Positions 17,388-27,600 of a stretch of 64,000 nt of DNA are shown here, one piece after another. Within the stretch, counting starts at the first letter, position 1, and each line of letters opens with the position of its first letter. The stretch is from the IMG/VR virus record IMGVR_UViG_3300036770_004723, positions 124,001 to 188,000 of that record; one strand, 5' to 3'. The translations under genes and the position numbers were made by a program. The notes beneath the pieces are model-generated. The model had not been told where the DNA came from. It saw only the letters and a program-made list of their open reading frames with translations, and ran no database searches.

Positions 17388-18544
17388 GAGTCGTCGAAGG
17401 AACTCAGCAAAGTTTCACTTTAAAATTCTTGGAAGAAGATGGTACACCTACGTATCCTTACGATGACGTAGGTGGACCTTCCGTTACATTCTACGACACA
17501 GATATGGACATAATCGATCGCCGTAACGCTACACCTACAACAGTAACCGGCGAGTGGCAAGTAGATTTTTCCATTCCAAATTTTAATTTAATTGATGAAA
17601 TTGATTTAGATATTGTTTGGGAAATGTACGATGAAGGCTGTAACAGAGTAAGTAAAACTATTACAGTAACTGTTCTTCCTGAAAAGAATAAAAGATATGG
17701 TGACATTGTTACCGTAATAAAAAAGAGTGACACTAAGTTCACTTTCGTCCTTGAACGTACTGTTGAAGCTAATGATAGTGTTCTAATGACTATTTCATTA
17801 AATAATGAGATAATTGCAGAAGACATTGATCTAATGTCTGACCCTACAATAGAAAAAACTATAACGAAAACTCGTGCAGTTTTTGAAGTTCCTTTAGGTG
17901 CAGATACTGCAAGTTTAAGGTTGGAACCTATAAGTGTTTTAGTTATACACACAGATAAGCGTAAGGTTCCCGATATAGTTCAATCCAATTTATGGGTCAT
18001 TACTAATCAGATAATGGTAGCTGTTAGCATGTTGCAGCAATCTATTGATAAAGCTAAATTGGAAAATGTTATTCCTGAACTTGAATTTACTACAGCAGAT
18101 TATTTACTTTATTTGTATCGTGGTCTTCAAATGTTTAACAGCTATCCGCCTTTAGTTACTTCTATTCGTGGGACTAATATGCAGGGCGTATTATTACATT
18201 TATGGATTGTATGCTCTAGTCTCGAAGCCCTTAAGGCACAAACACTTGCAGAAGGCGCTAGTGCATTTGATTTTAGTGGCCAAACTGTAAATCTTAATGT
18301 TGATAGAACACCTAGTTTAGAAGCAGCGATTGGAAGATTAGAGTCGCAAATCGAAAACGAAGTTAAACCTTACAAAAAATTGTTAGGTAAAGCTAGCATC
18401 ATAGACAATGACGGATCTATAGGATCTAAAAGTTTAGCTAGCGCAATAGCAAGAAACTTTGGTAGGACAAGCATAATCAATAGTCCTACTACTAAATTTA
18501 GACGTACATCAGGTTTCTGGATAAACACCAGATTAAATAGATAA
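17384..18544 (+). CDS. Putative virion structural protein (Ig-like N-terminus, possible neck/connector C-terminus)
   Basis: GGAGA SD; beta-rich N-terminus and helical C-terminus; function inferred. Confidence 0.6.
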   Translation: MRVVEGTQQSFTLKFLEEDGTPTYPYDDVGGPSVTFYDTDMDIIDRRNATPTTVTGEWQVDFSIPNFNLIDEIDLDIVWEMYDEGCNRVSKTITVTVLPEKNKRYGDIVTVIKKSDTKFTFVLERTVEANDSVLMTISLNNEIIAEDIDLMSDPTIEKTITKTRAVFEVPLGADTASLRLEPISVLVIHTDKRKVPDIVQSNLWVITNQIMVAVSMLQQSIDKAKLENVIPELEFTTADYLLYLYRGLQMFNSYPPLVTSIRGTNMQGVLLHLWIVCSSLEALKAQTLAEGASAFDFSGQTVNLNVDRTPSLEAAIGRLESQIENEVKPYKKLLGKASIIDNDGSIGSKSLASAIARNFGRTSIINSPTTKFRRTSGFWINTRLNR

Positions 18545-18558
18545 TTAGGAGAATACAA

Positions 18559-19383
18559 ATGTTCCAAGCTAAAATTAATTCTGCTACACCTATCAGCGGT
18601 GGCGCTATTGTTATTGTAAGTGTGTCACATGGACGCGATCAGGTTATTTCACCAGAACAGTTCCGTGCTGAAATGCAAAATGTAGCTGGCCATAAAATGA
18701 CTGCTTTAGCAGGTTCTTTTCAAGTAATTGAATCAGGCCCTTTCCGTAAATTAGTTCGTGGTGCAATGGTCCCAACTCGTGAAGTTATTCCATTCAACAG
18801 GGATAATATGCGAGGCTTCCATAGTTTAAGTGCTTCTATCTACCAAGATGAATCTGAAAACATGTGGCAATTAAAGCAAGATTCTTCAGGTGATTATTTG
18901 GTTAAGGCAAATAACATTGATGACATTGCAGATATTGAGCAACTGATGGCAAGTTTATCAAGTTCTCCGATCCCTGGAAGTGATAACGCTTACTTCAGTG
19001 CTGTCGCCAGTGTACAGGAAGAAGTTAAATCTGCTAAAGGTGGAGACTTTATTACTTACTTTAATAAAGGTGCTTTGTGTGGAGGTATTGTTGTTGCTTC
19101 ATTATCAGAAGAAAATGATGATGAAAGTTTGGTTGTTCTTCACGGTAAAGAAGAAGCCGTTGATGTAATTGATCATAGTCAAGTTACTTCAATCCAAGAC
19201 AATATCGAATCTGTTAGTTGTGCAGGTCTTACTCTTAATGTACCTGAACATCTTGCATCGCAGTCAGCTTCTGCTTCAGAAACAATTGAAAAATTGGTTA
19301 GTTACTATCAAAAAGTGTACGGTCACAATGCAACGTTCTTTTCTAAGTTAGAGCAGCAAATTCGCGGCCACGCTTGGGCGTAA
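18559..19383 (+). CDS. Probable abundant head/scaffold-associated protein with several internal S-x-S sites
   Basis: AGGAG SD; biased codons; HSLSA, ASLSS, ASLSE, ASQSA; followed by a terminator. Confidence 0.7.
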   Translation: MFQAKINSATPISGGAIVIVSVSHGRDQVISPEQFRAEMQNVAGHKMTALAGSFQVIESGPFRKLVRGAMVPTREVIPFNRDNMRGFHSLSASIYQDESENMWQLKQDSSGDYLVKANNIDDIADIEQLMASLSSSPIPGSDNAYFSAVASVQEEVKSAKGGDFITYFNKGALCGGIVVASLSEENDDESLVVLHGKEEAVDVIDHSQVTSIQDNIESVSCAGLTLNVPEHLASQSASASETIEKLVSYYQKVYGHNATFFSKLEQQIRGHAWA

Positions 19384-19391
19384 CTGCAAAA

Positions 19392-19422
19392 GAAGTGGGG
19401 CAATTTGCCCCACTTCGTTTTT
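19392..19422 (+). terminator. Rho-independent terminator
   Basis: GAAGTGGGGCA-ATT-TGCCCCACTTC-GTTTTT. Confidence 0.85.
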
Positions 19423-19441
19423 GTATTGAGGAAGTTAAAAT

Positions 19442-20173
19442 ATGTCTCGTGTGGAATTAGGTGATATTAAAAAACCGAAAATCAAACCTAAAGTCAAAAC
19501 AGTAGAACAACCTAAAGTCAAAAAGAAAATCAAACCTAAAGTCAAAAAGAAAATCAAACCTAAAGTCAAAACAGTAGAACAGCCTAAAGTCAAAACAGTA
19601 GAACAGCCTAAAGTCAAAAAGAAAATCAATAAAAATCTTGATAAAAAAACAGTTAAAGTCAAAAAGAAAAAAACTCAAAAACTAGATATATCCAGCGGCA
19701 AGGATCTTATTGCTGAAGGTAATGCTATTCTTGAACGCATGTCTGAAAATATTTTCGATGAAAACCGTATTTATTTAGATCAGTATAAACATATGTTTCA
19801 GAAGTTAGCTGCTATGAGTGAAATAGCTGAACATCAATACTTTGCTAAAAAACAAAGTCGTGATATTTATGCACTGATGAAACTTTATGATCAAATGCGA
19901 GAAGTTATTGCGGATCTTAAAGCGCTACAAAACGTAGGGCAATATATTGATGCAGTGATGGATGATGTAATCGAGCCTTTTGCTAAAACAGCTATACAAG
20001 CTTTGCTTGATTTAATTAGTTCTACTAACGCATATAGTAAACGAAATTTAGATCCTGAATTTTCTAAATTATTGGAAGAACAATTGAAATCTTTTGGTAA
20101 AATAGGTGGTATCATGTTGCAAGAAGGATATGATGCCGCAGTAGAAAATACTAGACGTATACTTGAAGGTTAA
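19442..20173 (+). CDS. Protein with Lys-rich repeat N-terminus and helical C-terminal domain
   Basis: GAGGA SD; PKVKTVEQ / PKVKKKIK repeats. Confidence 0.78.
   Translation: MSRVELGDIKKPKIKPKVKTVEQPKVKKKIKPKVKKKIKPKVKTVEQPKVKTVEQPKVKKKINKNLDKKTVKVKKKKTQKLDISSGKDLIAEGNAILERMSENIFDENRIYLDQYKHMFQKLAAMSEIAEHQYFAKKQSRDIYALMKLYDQMREVIADLKALQNVGQYIDAVMDDVIEPFAKTAIQALLDLISSTNAYSKRNLDPEFSKLLEEQLKSFGKIGGIMLQEGYDAAVENTRRILEG
19487..19630 (+). repeat. Six 24-nt tandem units of two types, order A-B-B-A-A-B
   Basis: A = CCTAAAGTCAAAACAGTAGAACAR; B = CCTAAAGTCAAAAAGAAAATCAAW. Confidence 0.92.
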
Positions 20174-20177
20174 CCAA

Positions 20178-20549
20178 ATGGGAATTTCAGCTAGACAAAA
20201 TAAATCGTTTTCAAATAATAGATCTAAGTTAGCTGGCCCATTTACCAAACCTACAGATATAAGGCAAACAGCGGACTGGCGGCGCATAAAAGAGTTAATT
20301 CTAATACGTGACAACTATATATGTCAGAGATGTGGTGCCGTAAATAAACCTGACTACCCGACCGATGTTGCTATGACCGTTGATCATATTATTCCAGTGG
20401 CTTCTGGAGGCAAAAATTTAATGTCTAATCTTATTACTTTGTGCGCTATATGTCACAGTAAAAAACTAGGCAAAAAGAATAAAAGAGGCAAAAATCTTTT
20501 ACTTTCTTTGCAAGCCAGAAAGACAAAAAAATTTGGAGGTAGTAGGTGA
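20178..20549 (+). CDS. HNH endonuclease (McrA-like, Zn-binding)
   Basis: RDNYICQRCG...VDHIIP..SGGKN..SNLITLCAICH; ATG at 20178 after GAAGG. Confidence 0.88.
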   Translation: MGISARQNKSFSNNRSKLAGPFTKPTDIRQTADWRRIKELILIRDNYICQRCGAVNKPDYPTDVAMTVDHIIPVASGGKNLMSNLITLCAICHSKKLGKKNKRGKNLLLSLQARKTKKFGGSR

Positions 20550-21298
20550 GCCTCGAATTAATTCTTAAAAAACAAAAAAGCCTTATCGGTTATGATTCTG
20601 AATCGTACCCTAGTATTCTAAATTTAGATACTTATGAAGGCGAAAAACTATGGAATGCTTTTTTAGAATGTCAAACAGTAAAAGATGTTAGATCTCTGTA
20701 CGGTAAAAACTCTGACATTTACATCAGCATTCTATTTATAAACTATTTTCTAGGCTTAACTTCAAAGCCTTTTAGGCAAGGCAAAAAATATTCACCAGAA
20801 GCCTTAAGTTTGAAACTTCTTACAGCTACCTTGAAAACTGTAAATAGGAAATTGAACTCTTTTTTCTATAGAAAAGGCTTGTTAAAGTTTTCTCAATCTA
20901 ATAGGGAGATTTCTATAGGTGAGAACTACTCAACATTTTTAAATGCTTTTGTCTTACCTAATGTTGTGATATACCAAAATCTTATTATAAAAAATAACGA
21001 TCTCGATAGTGAATTGAATAGGTTAAAAGGTTACTTGTTTAAAGAATTCCCTAGACAGTTAACTAAACCAAGTAAACCTGTGTCAATACAAAACCTAAAA
21101 AATCACAATATAAGTCAATGGCATTATCTAGAAACTGTTGACGGGATAACAGTTAGCATTAGACGTATTGACAGCCAAATTCTTAATTTAAGAATATCAT
21201 TTGATATGCCATTCATCTTTCCTGTAGGAAATTTAAATAAAACATCTTTCTATAATTTAATTCTACGATCTTTAAATTCATTTAATGCAGGATATTAA
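20546..21298 (+). CDS. Hypothetical protein
   Basis: GTG start after GGAGGT, overlapping the upstream stop. Confidence 0.7.
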   Translation: MSLELILKKQKSLIGYDSESYPSILNLDTYEGEKLWNAFLECQTVKDVRSLYGKNSDIYISILFINYFLGLTSKPFRQGKKYSPEALSLKLLTATLKTVNRKLNSFFYRKGLLKFSQSNREISIGENYSTFLNAFVLPNVVIYQNLIIKNNDLDSELNRLKGYLFKEFPRQLTKPSKPVSIQNLKNHNISQWHYLETVDGITVSIRRIDSQILNLRISFDMPFIFPVGNLNKTSFYNLILRSLNSFNAGY

Positions 21299-21302
21299 CA
21301 CA

Positions 21303-21659
21303 ATGAAACAAGCAGCAATTAACATATCTGCTCGTGATTATCCACGAGCACTGAGTTCTCTAAGTGATGAATTCAGTTTGCCTGTCACTATAAATAAAAA
21401 ACCTGAAATAGAAGATGATGGTATTTACATAGATCCTTTACCTTCGCCGGATCAAACAGAACCATTGGACTCGATGCGTGAAAGAATAAAAAGTAGTTTA
21501 ACTAATAGGTCATGTAATGATCTATTGAATATCTACGGTAAAAAAGCATACTGGCAAAATCTTTCTGACTTAGAAATTAAATTCACAGCAATTGCCTTAA
21601 TTGAAATATTTAATGAGCAAGGTATTGATCCTGCTTCATTTTGGAATTCATTGGTGTAA
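21303..21659 (+). CDS. Hypothetical protein (MKQAAINISA leader)
   Basis: ATG at 21303 (alternative 21285). Confidence 0.65.
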   Translation: MKQAAINISARDYPRALSSLSDEFSLPVTINKKPEIEDDGIYIDPLPSPDQTEPLDSMRERIKSSLTNRSCNDLLNIYGKKAYWQNLSDLEIKFTAIALIEIFNEQGIDPASFWNSLV

Positions 21660-21668
21660 GAGGATACT

Positions 21669-24600
21669 ATGGGAACAACTATTGAAGGACAATACTCTGT
21701 TAGCTCTGATCTTACTTCTATTAGTAATGCAACAGAAGACCTTAAAACAACTTTACTTAAATCTATTGCACCTATTGAATTAAATGAAGCACACAGACAA
21801 GCATATGAAGATGTGTTCTTTACGATTAAAGGCGCGAAAGATTCTAAATTTTCTCAAGACAATTTACGCAGTGCCGTTATTGAAGCACTTAACGTAGGCA
21901 GTAATCTTAACACATTCTTCGCTTTTATTCGGAGAGTGTTTGACTATGCACATTTGTTTGATGATTTACCTAGACAAGAGTTGGAAATGAAAATTCAATC
22001 TCTTGCCAATGAAATGAAAACCAACAATTTGGGTGTGACTGAGGCTGAAGGAAATTTATTTCTCCACGCTTTCCGTTTATTAGATTCAGTAGATAGTGAT
22101 GAAATCCGAAACAACCCATTTAAAGGAAAGCCTGTAGATCAACGTCCAAGCGTTATACCTTTGATAAAAAAATCAACTCGGTACAAAGGTGGCTACGACA
22201 TTATCTATGCAGGTAAAAGTAATCGCGGTGGTATGAAAATCAGTATGTCACCTTACCCACATATTGATCAAGATCCTGTAGGTTTAGGTTACGAACGTAA
22301 AAAACAAACAAATTACAATACAGAAATTGCCTTAAAAGCTGTTAAAGCTGCTAAGCGTATTATGGAAATGATTACCTTACGTAGTGACCAAGGTGCTTTT
22401 TCTGTTGAATCTTCGAACAAAAGAAGATTTTGTCAGTTTCCACTAGATTACTCTTTTGAAAGTTGGAATGACGAAATTTCGAAAATTATGGGAATGAGAT
22501 TAGAGTTTTTCAAAAATCTTGATCCTGTTGTTCGCCCGTATAGAAACTTTTTTAGCGCTGTAGTTATCATAGAGCCTCCTGAAAGTGTTGTTTTCGCTTT
22601 AAATTCTTTTAACACAAGCTCTAGAATGGTAGCCCGTGGTTATAGTTCGCGTCCTGTCGTCCGTCCTGTACTAACCGATATTATTAACGAAGAATCCGCC
22701 TACACACGTCAAGTTGGATCTTCTGTAGCAATTAATTTAGATCTTCCTTTTGTCAAATATATTTGCCAAGATGAATCTACTGATAAAGTTTATTATTGCT
22801 TAAGTACTTGGACTAAGCAATGGACTAGTGCTTTTTTGCGTCCTAAAAATACAAGAGGTGGCGTGAATTTGGATCCTAAAAAAGTTGCAAGGTATATTGT
22901 GCCTTGTAGTCGCTTAGGCTCTATGGAAGAAGCACGTAAAAAATTAGGCTTACACGTATCTGATACTAAAACTAACGAAGATGGCTTAGTTGTAATGCCT
23001 AAAGGTCTTATCAGTTATATGCCAAGACCTGAAGATGCAAGCAATAAAAATGCCGTAGAATTTGAACGTAGTTATGAAGATTATTTACAAACCATTTATG
23101 AATTGAATCTAACACCTGGGCAGTCAGTTGACGAATACACTACAACTATGTTTCCAGATGATCCACGTTTAACCGATGGTTCAAATTTAGGTTCTTTCCT
23201 GCAAGATAAAAAGAAAAACGTCGATTTATATGGCGGTTCGTTACTAGCTTTTAACTGGGATTATGGTACAGCACTTTACGCGCAAACTTCTTCAGATGGA
23301 ATTGCGCAGATTCCTTTGAATGGTTGTTCGCAAATGGATCCGTTAATGATAGCGGATTTCTTAGGTTACGACTTTAAACAAAGCGGTCAAGTTGCTCAAC
23401 ATAAAACGTTCTTAGCTGCTTTAAATGAATTTAAATTTTCTTTTGATTCAAAAGATCGTCTTACTTCAGAAGCAACTTTAAGTACTTTGAGTAAAATGGC
23501 TACTAGTCTAAGGTTGCCTGAAAAATTCACAGACTTAGAAAGCGTACCTATTTACCAACGAGTATTTTTAACGCAACGTATGCTGCACTTATTCGAAGCT
23601 TATTCGTTTTTTGCTGCACGTAATAAAGTTAAAAATATCGAAGAGCTTTTCGAAGAAACAAAAAAACAGATGGGTGTTGATCTGTTTACGACGGAAGGCA
23701 CTCCATTAGATTTCAATCTTTATAACGATCTAATTGGTGATAATATTAGCGCCAGTTCTCTTTCTGTAAGACATAAAGAAGGTCAAGGCGCAATTGTACT
23801 TTGCCTACTTTTACTTGCCTTAAAAGATGCGCAAGGCCGCCCAGGATCTAATTTATTTAACTTTGTGTCAAGAGAAGTAGGGTATCAAAACGCTCCTACT
23901 GAAGTTAAATCTCATGAAGCTTACTTTGATTGTACTTCTCCATCTATTAGAATGGCTGATTTTGGAAATGTATACAATTATTTCGGCGGCAGATTGTTTA
24001 AAAACATGTGTAAGGCCATTACACAAATTCCTAAGAAAGATTTGCTTTACTCTGATCGGGTTAAAGACGAATCGTTTAAAAATAACCAACCTACATCATT
24101 TAACTATATAGCTAATGATGTATTGCCAATGGCTGTAATTTTTAGCAAGTACGTTCCGAATTATTTAGATTATTTTGAAAAAGCTGAAGATATTTTTGAT
24201 CAATATAATCCAGATGAAACTATTGACATCAACGACATTATTGCTCCGGGCATTGAAGCAAATAAAAACAGCACTAAACCTGCGTTGTTTCCTCACCAAG
24301 TAAAAGCAAATCAGTTTTTACGTAAAGCACCTAAGTTCGCAATATTGGACATTAGCCCAGGTGGCGGTAAAACTACAATAGGCATCATTGATATTTTATG
24401 TTTGGCTGAAAAGCATAAAACAGAAAAGTTTGTACCTATTGTACTGGCACCGGATCGTTTGTGTGCTAACTGGTGTGAAGATACTGCGAAGTTTACTAAA
24501 GGTAATTGGAATACTATTCCAATCACTCGTGCTGTTGTTAACGTCTGGGGTTACGATTTACTTTATAAAATCATCAAAGAAGCTCCACGCAATACAATAT

Positions 24601-27600
24601 TAATAGTAGGCTTAAACTTTTTAAGTCGTCAGAATCGTTTTAACGTTTCTTACGGTGCGAAAGATATTGATATCTCAGGTAGTGTTGAGTTTATCAAACA
24701 ATTCAACCCATCTTATGTACTACTTGATGAAAGTCATAAAGCAAAACGCTTTGACCGTGCTGGTGGTACAAGCGCCTTACATAGTGCGGTTAAAGAAGTA
24801 ACTACTATGACAGGCGTTAAATATATTCGTTTGGCTACTGGTACACTTGTACATGGATTACTTGAAGATGTTGTAGGACAAGCTGCTTTATTGAGTTCTT
24901 ATGCTTTAAAAACTCCAGATAATATGGATGTTACTTTAGCCACTATGGAACGTGAAAAGTTAGCAGGTGCTATACGTAATAAACTTGGTAAGTATTGTTC
25001 ACTTATTACTTTAAAACGTAAAGAGTGGGCCTTCATGTTACCTAATCCAATTGATGCTTTTTACACTGTGCGTCTTTTTGACTCTAGTATAGGTGCAGAC
25101 AAGTTAGGTAACAGATTACACCAAGAAGCTTATGAACATGTTATGTCAGAAGCTAAAGAGATCATGTTAAAAGGCAGTGTACGTGATCTTGAAAAAGATG
25201 TTGATATTTCGGATGAAGATGAACCTCAGTTTGGTGATGACGATGACGATAGCGATGGTGATCGAGAAGGCAAGTCAGATTCAATCTTAGGTGAAAACGG
25301 AGAAGTTGATACGCATATCATGGCGATGTTGGACAAAAAATATTTCCAACGTGCCGAACAAATGATTGTCAATCCTTGGGGCGACGATTATTTTAAACAG
25401 ATCGCAGATCAAGCCGGATTGAAAGAAACTGATTTTACTCCAGCACCTATTATCAAAACTACACAATCAATTATTAATCACTTTGTTACAATTGATTTTG
25501 ATGGTAATCCTGATAATGAAGGTCGGGTATACAATTGGAAACCTGAAGTACAATTTAAGGAATTCGATGTAGTAGAATACAAAGGCAAATCTTATATGCG
25601 CCGTGCTTTACCTGCTGTTGAAGGTAAAGAAGTATCTATTACACGTAGATTGACACCTGCATCAAATGTATCTCCAGATAAAGATCCTGAAAACTGGAAA
25701 TCTGAAAGTCGAGGTAAAGTTTTAGTTTTATGTCGTTATATAGGTAACACAAAAGCTATATACGAAGCGTTACCTATTAAGTACAGATCTAAAGCCCGTG
25801 TTTTTCATGGTAAGCTGAAAAAATCTGTAGGTGAAGATAACATTGAACAGTTTAAATACAATGACGATGTACAAATACTTATAGCTAACGAACAAGCTAT
25901 TGCAGAAGGTCTTAACCTTCAAATGGCAAGTCGTATTATTCGCGTTGACACACCTTGGTCACCTGGTGAATATGAGCAAAGTACTGCACGTATTTTCCGT
26001 CCTGATCCTGCTGCTGCAAAACGTGATGAAAACGGCAAAGTAGGTGATATATCACGCGAAGTTATTTACATTGATTGGATTATGTGTGAAGGAACTTTGC
26101 AAGTCGGTAAGATCGCTAGATTAATGTGGAAAACTGTTGAAAACGTTCGCTTTAACGAAGAAGGAAATGAACATTACGATCCTATGAAGCCTTTTGTGCT
26201 TGATAAGATTACAATGGGCATGGATCTTTTATTTAATCGTTGTCAGATGGAAGATTACATGGGAGATGATCCTATGAATCCCGAAATAAACAATTATTTC
26301 GGTGCGAAAGCAACACTGGCAACATTGGAACGTCAAGAATTTATGCAAATGCGAAATACCACGCAAGCAGAAATGATTGATATGGTTATCCCACCTATGC
26401 CTAAAGATTTTAAAAAGCTCCAACTTTTGCCTACACTACCTAACCAAGTCATTCCGGATCCAGATGATTTTGGTTTAATAAAATTGCCTGATTTTATTAA
26501 ACAGAACTTAGATGAAATCATTGAAGATCCTGAAGAAGTATTAATAGGCTTACCTGTTAAAACTGGTTTTGGTACTGGGACAATTATTGGCATTCAACGT
26601 GGAAATAGAATTAAGGATTTGACTACAGGTGAGCAAGTTCTAAATCCTGAAAAACCTATTACCAGTGTTAGAATAAAATATCATGCTAGTAATGAAGCAC
26701 TTAAGGATATTCCAAGCGTTAATATGCCAATCGAAATGGTATATGTTGCTACCAAAGTAGATGGAAAACGTGCGGACAAGTTCTTTAAACCTACTGAAGC
26801 AAATGCCGCTGATCGTGCGCGTTTAGAACGCGCAGCACAAGAAGCAGCTAAACAGGCAGAGGAAAAGAACAGAAAAGATCAACGACGTGCCGAAGAACAA
26901 GCGCGTAAAGATCGAGAAGCCGCTGATCGTAAAAAACGAACAGATGCCCGTGTTAAAATACGCGATCAGAATAAGATTGATAACAAACCTATAAATGATG
27001 GAATTGAAGTAGTACCTAAAATTCCAAGAGTCATTCGTGGTGAAGTTGAAATCATTAAACCTGATCAACGTATTCCAGTAAGAAATCAACCAGAAATTAA
27101 ACCTAAAGGTATACCACTCAAACTTATTCCTACATTCTACAACGGATTTTTGTGTTTGCATGTTACTAACAATAACCCTGCGGCACCTAAGTTGAAAAAA
27201 TTAGGTTTTGAGAACTTCGACGACTTTATTTATATGGACTTCGAAGACTTCTATAGGTTTGAAGGTTTGATTCACTGGCTATACAAACAGGAAAAATTAC
27301 AAAACCTTATTATTGAGGAAGAAAGCTTAAAACGTTTAGAAATTATTTCTGATGCGTTTGAGCATGAACACATTAATCCAGAATTAATGTTTAATTACAA
27401 ACAAGCAAAACGTGCCAATAACAAAATTGAAGACTTCTTCAGAACGTTGAAGCGCGTTAATCGTAATAAAAAGCTTGTGCGTATGTACACAATAGTAATG
27501 CACGATAGATTGCGTGTAGTAGTGGATGTTAAGACAAATCCAGTCGCTTCACTAATGAAAGGCAAACTTATCAGTGCTGTAGGTGAAAAGTGGAAACTGC

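Noticed and set aside
20178-20549. HNH gene as a mobile homing element
   Set aside because: Small stand-alone McrA-type HNH inside an operon, with no intron or extra DNA-binding domain; more likely a resident packaging or cargo nuclease
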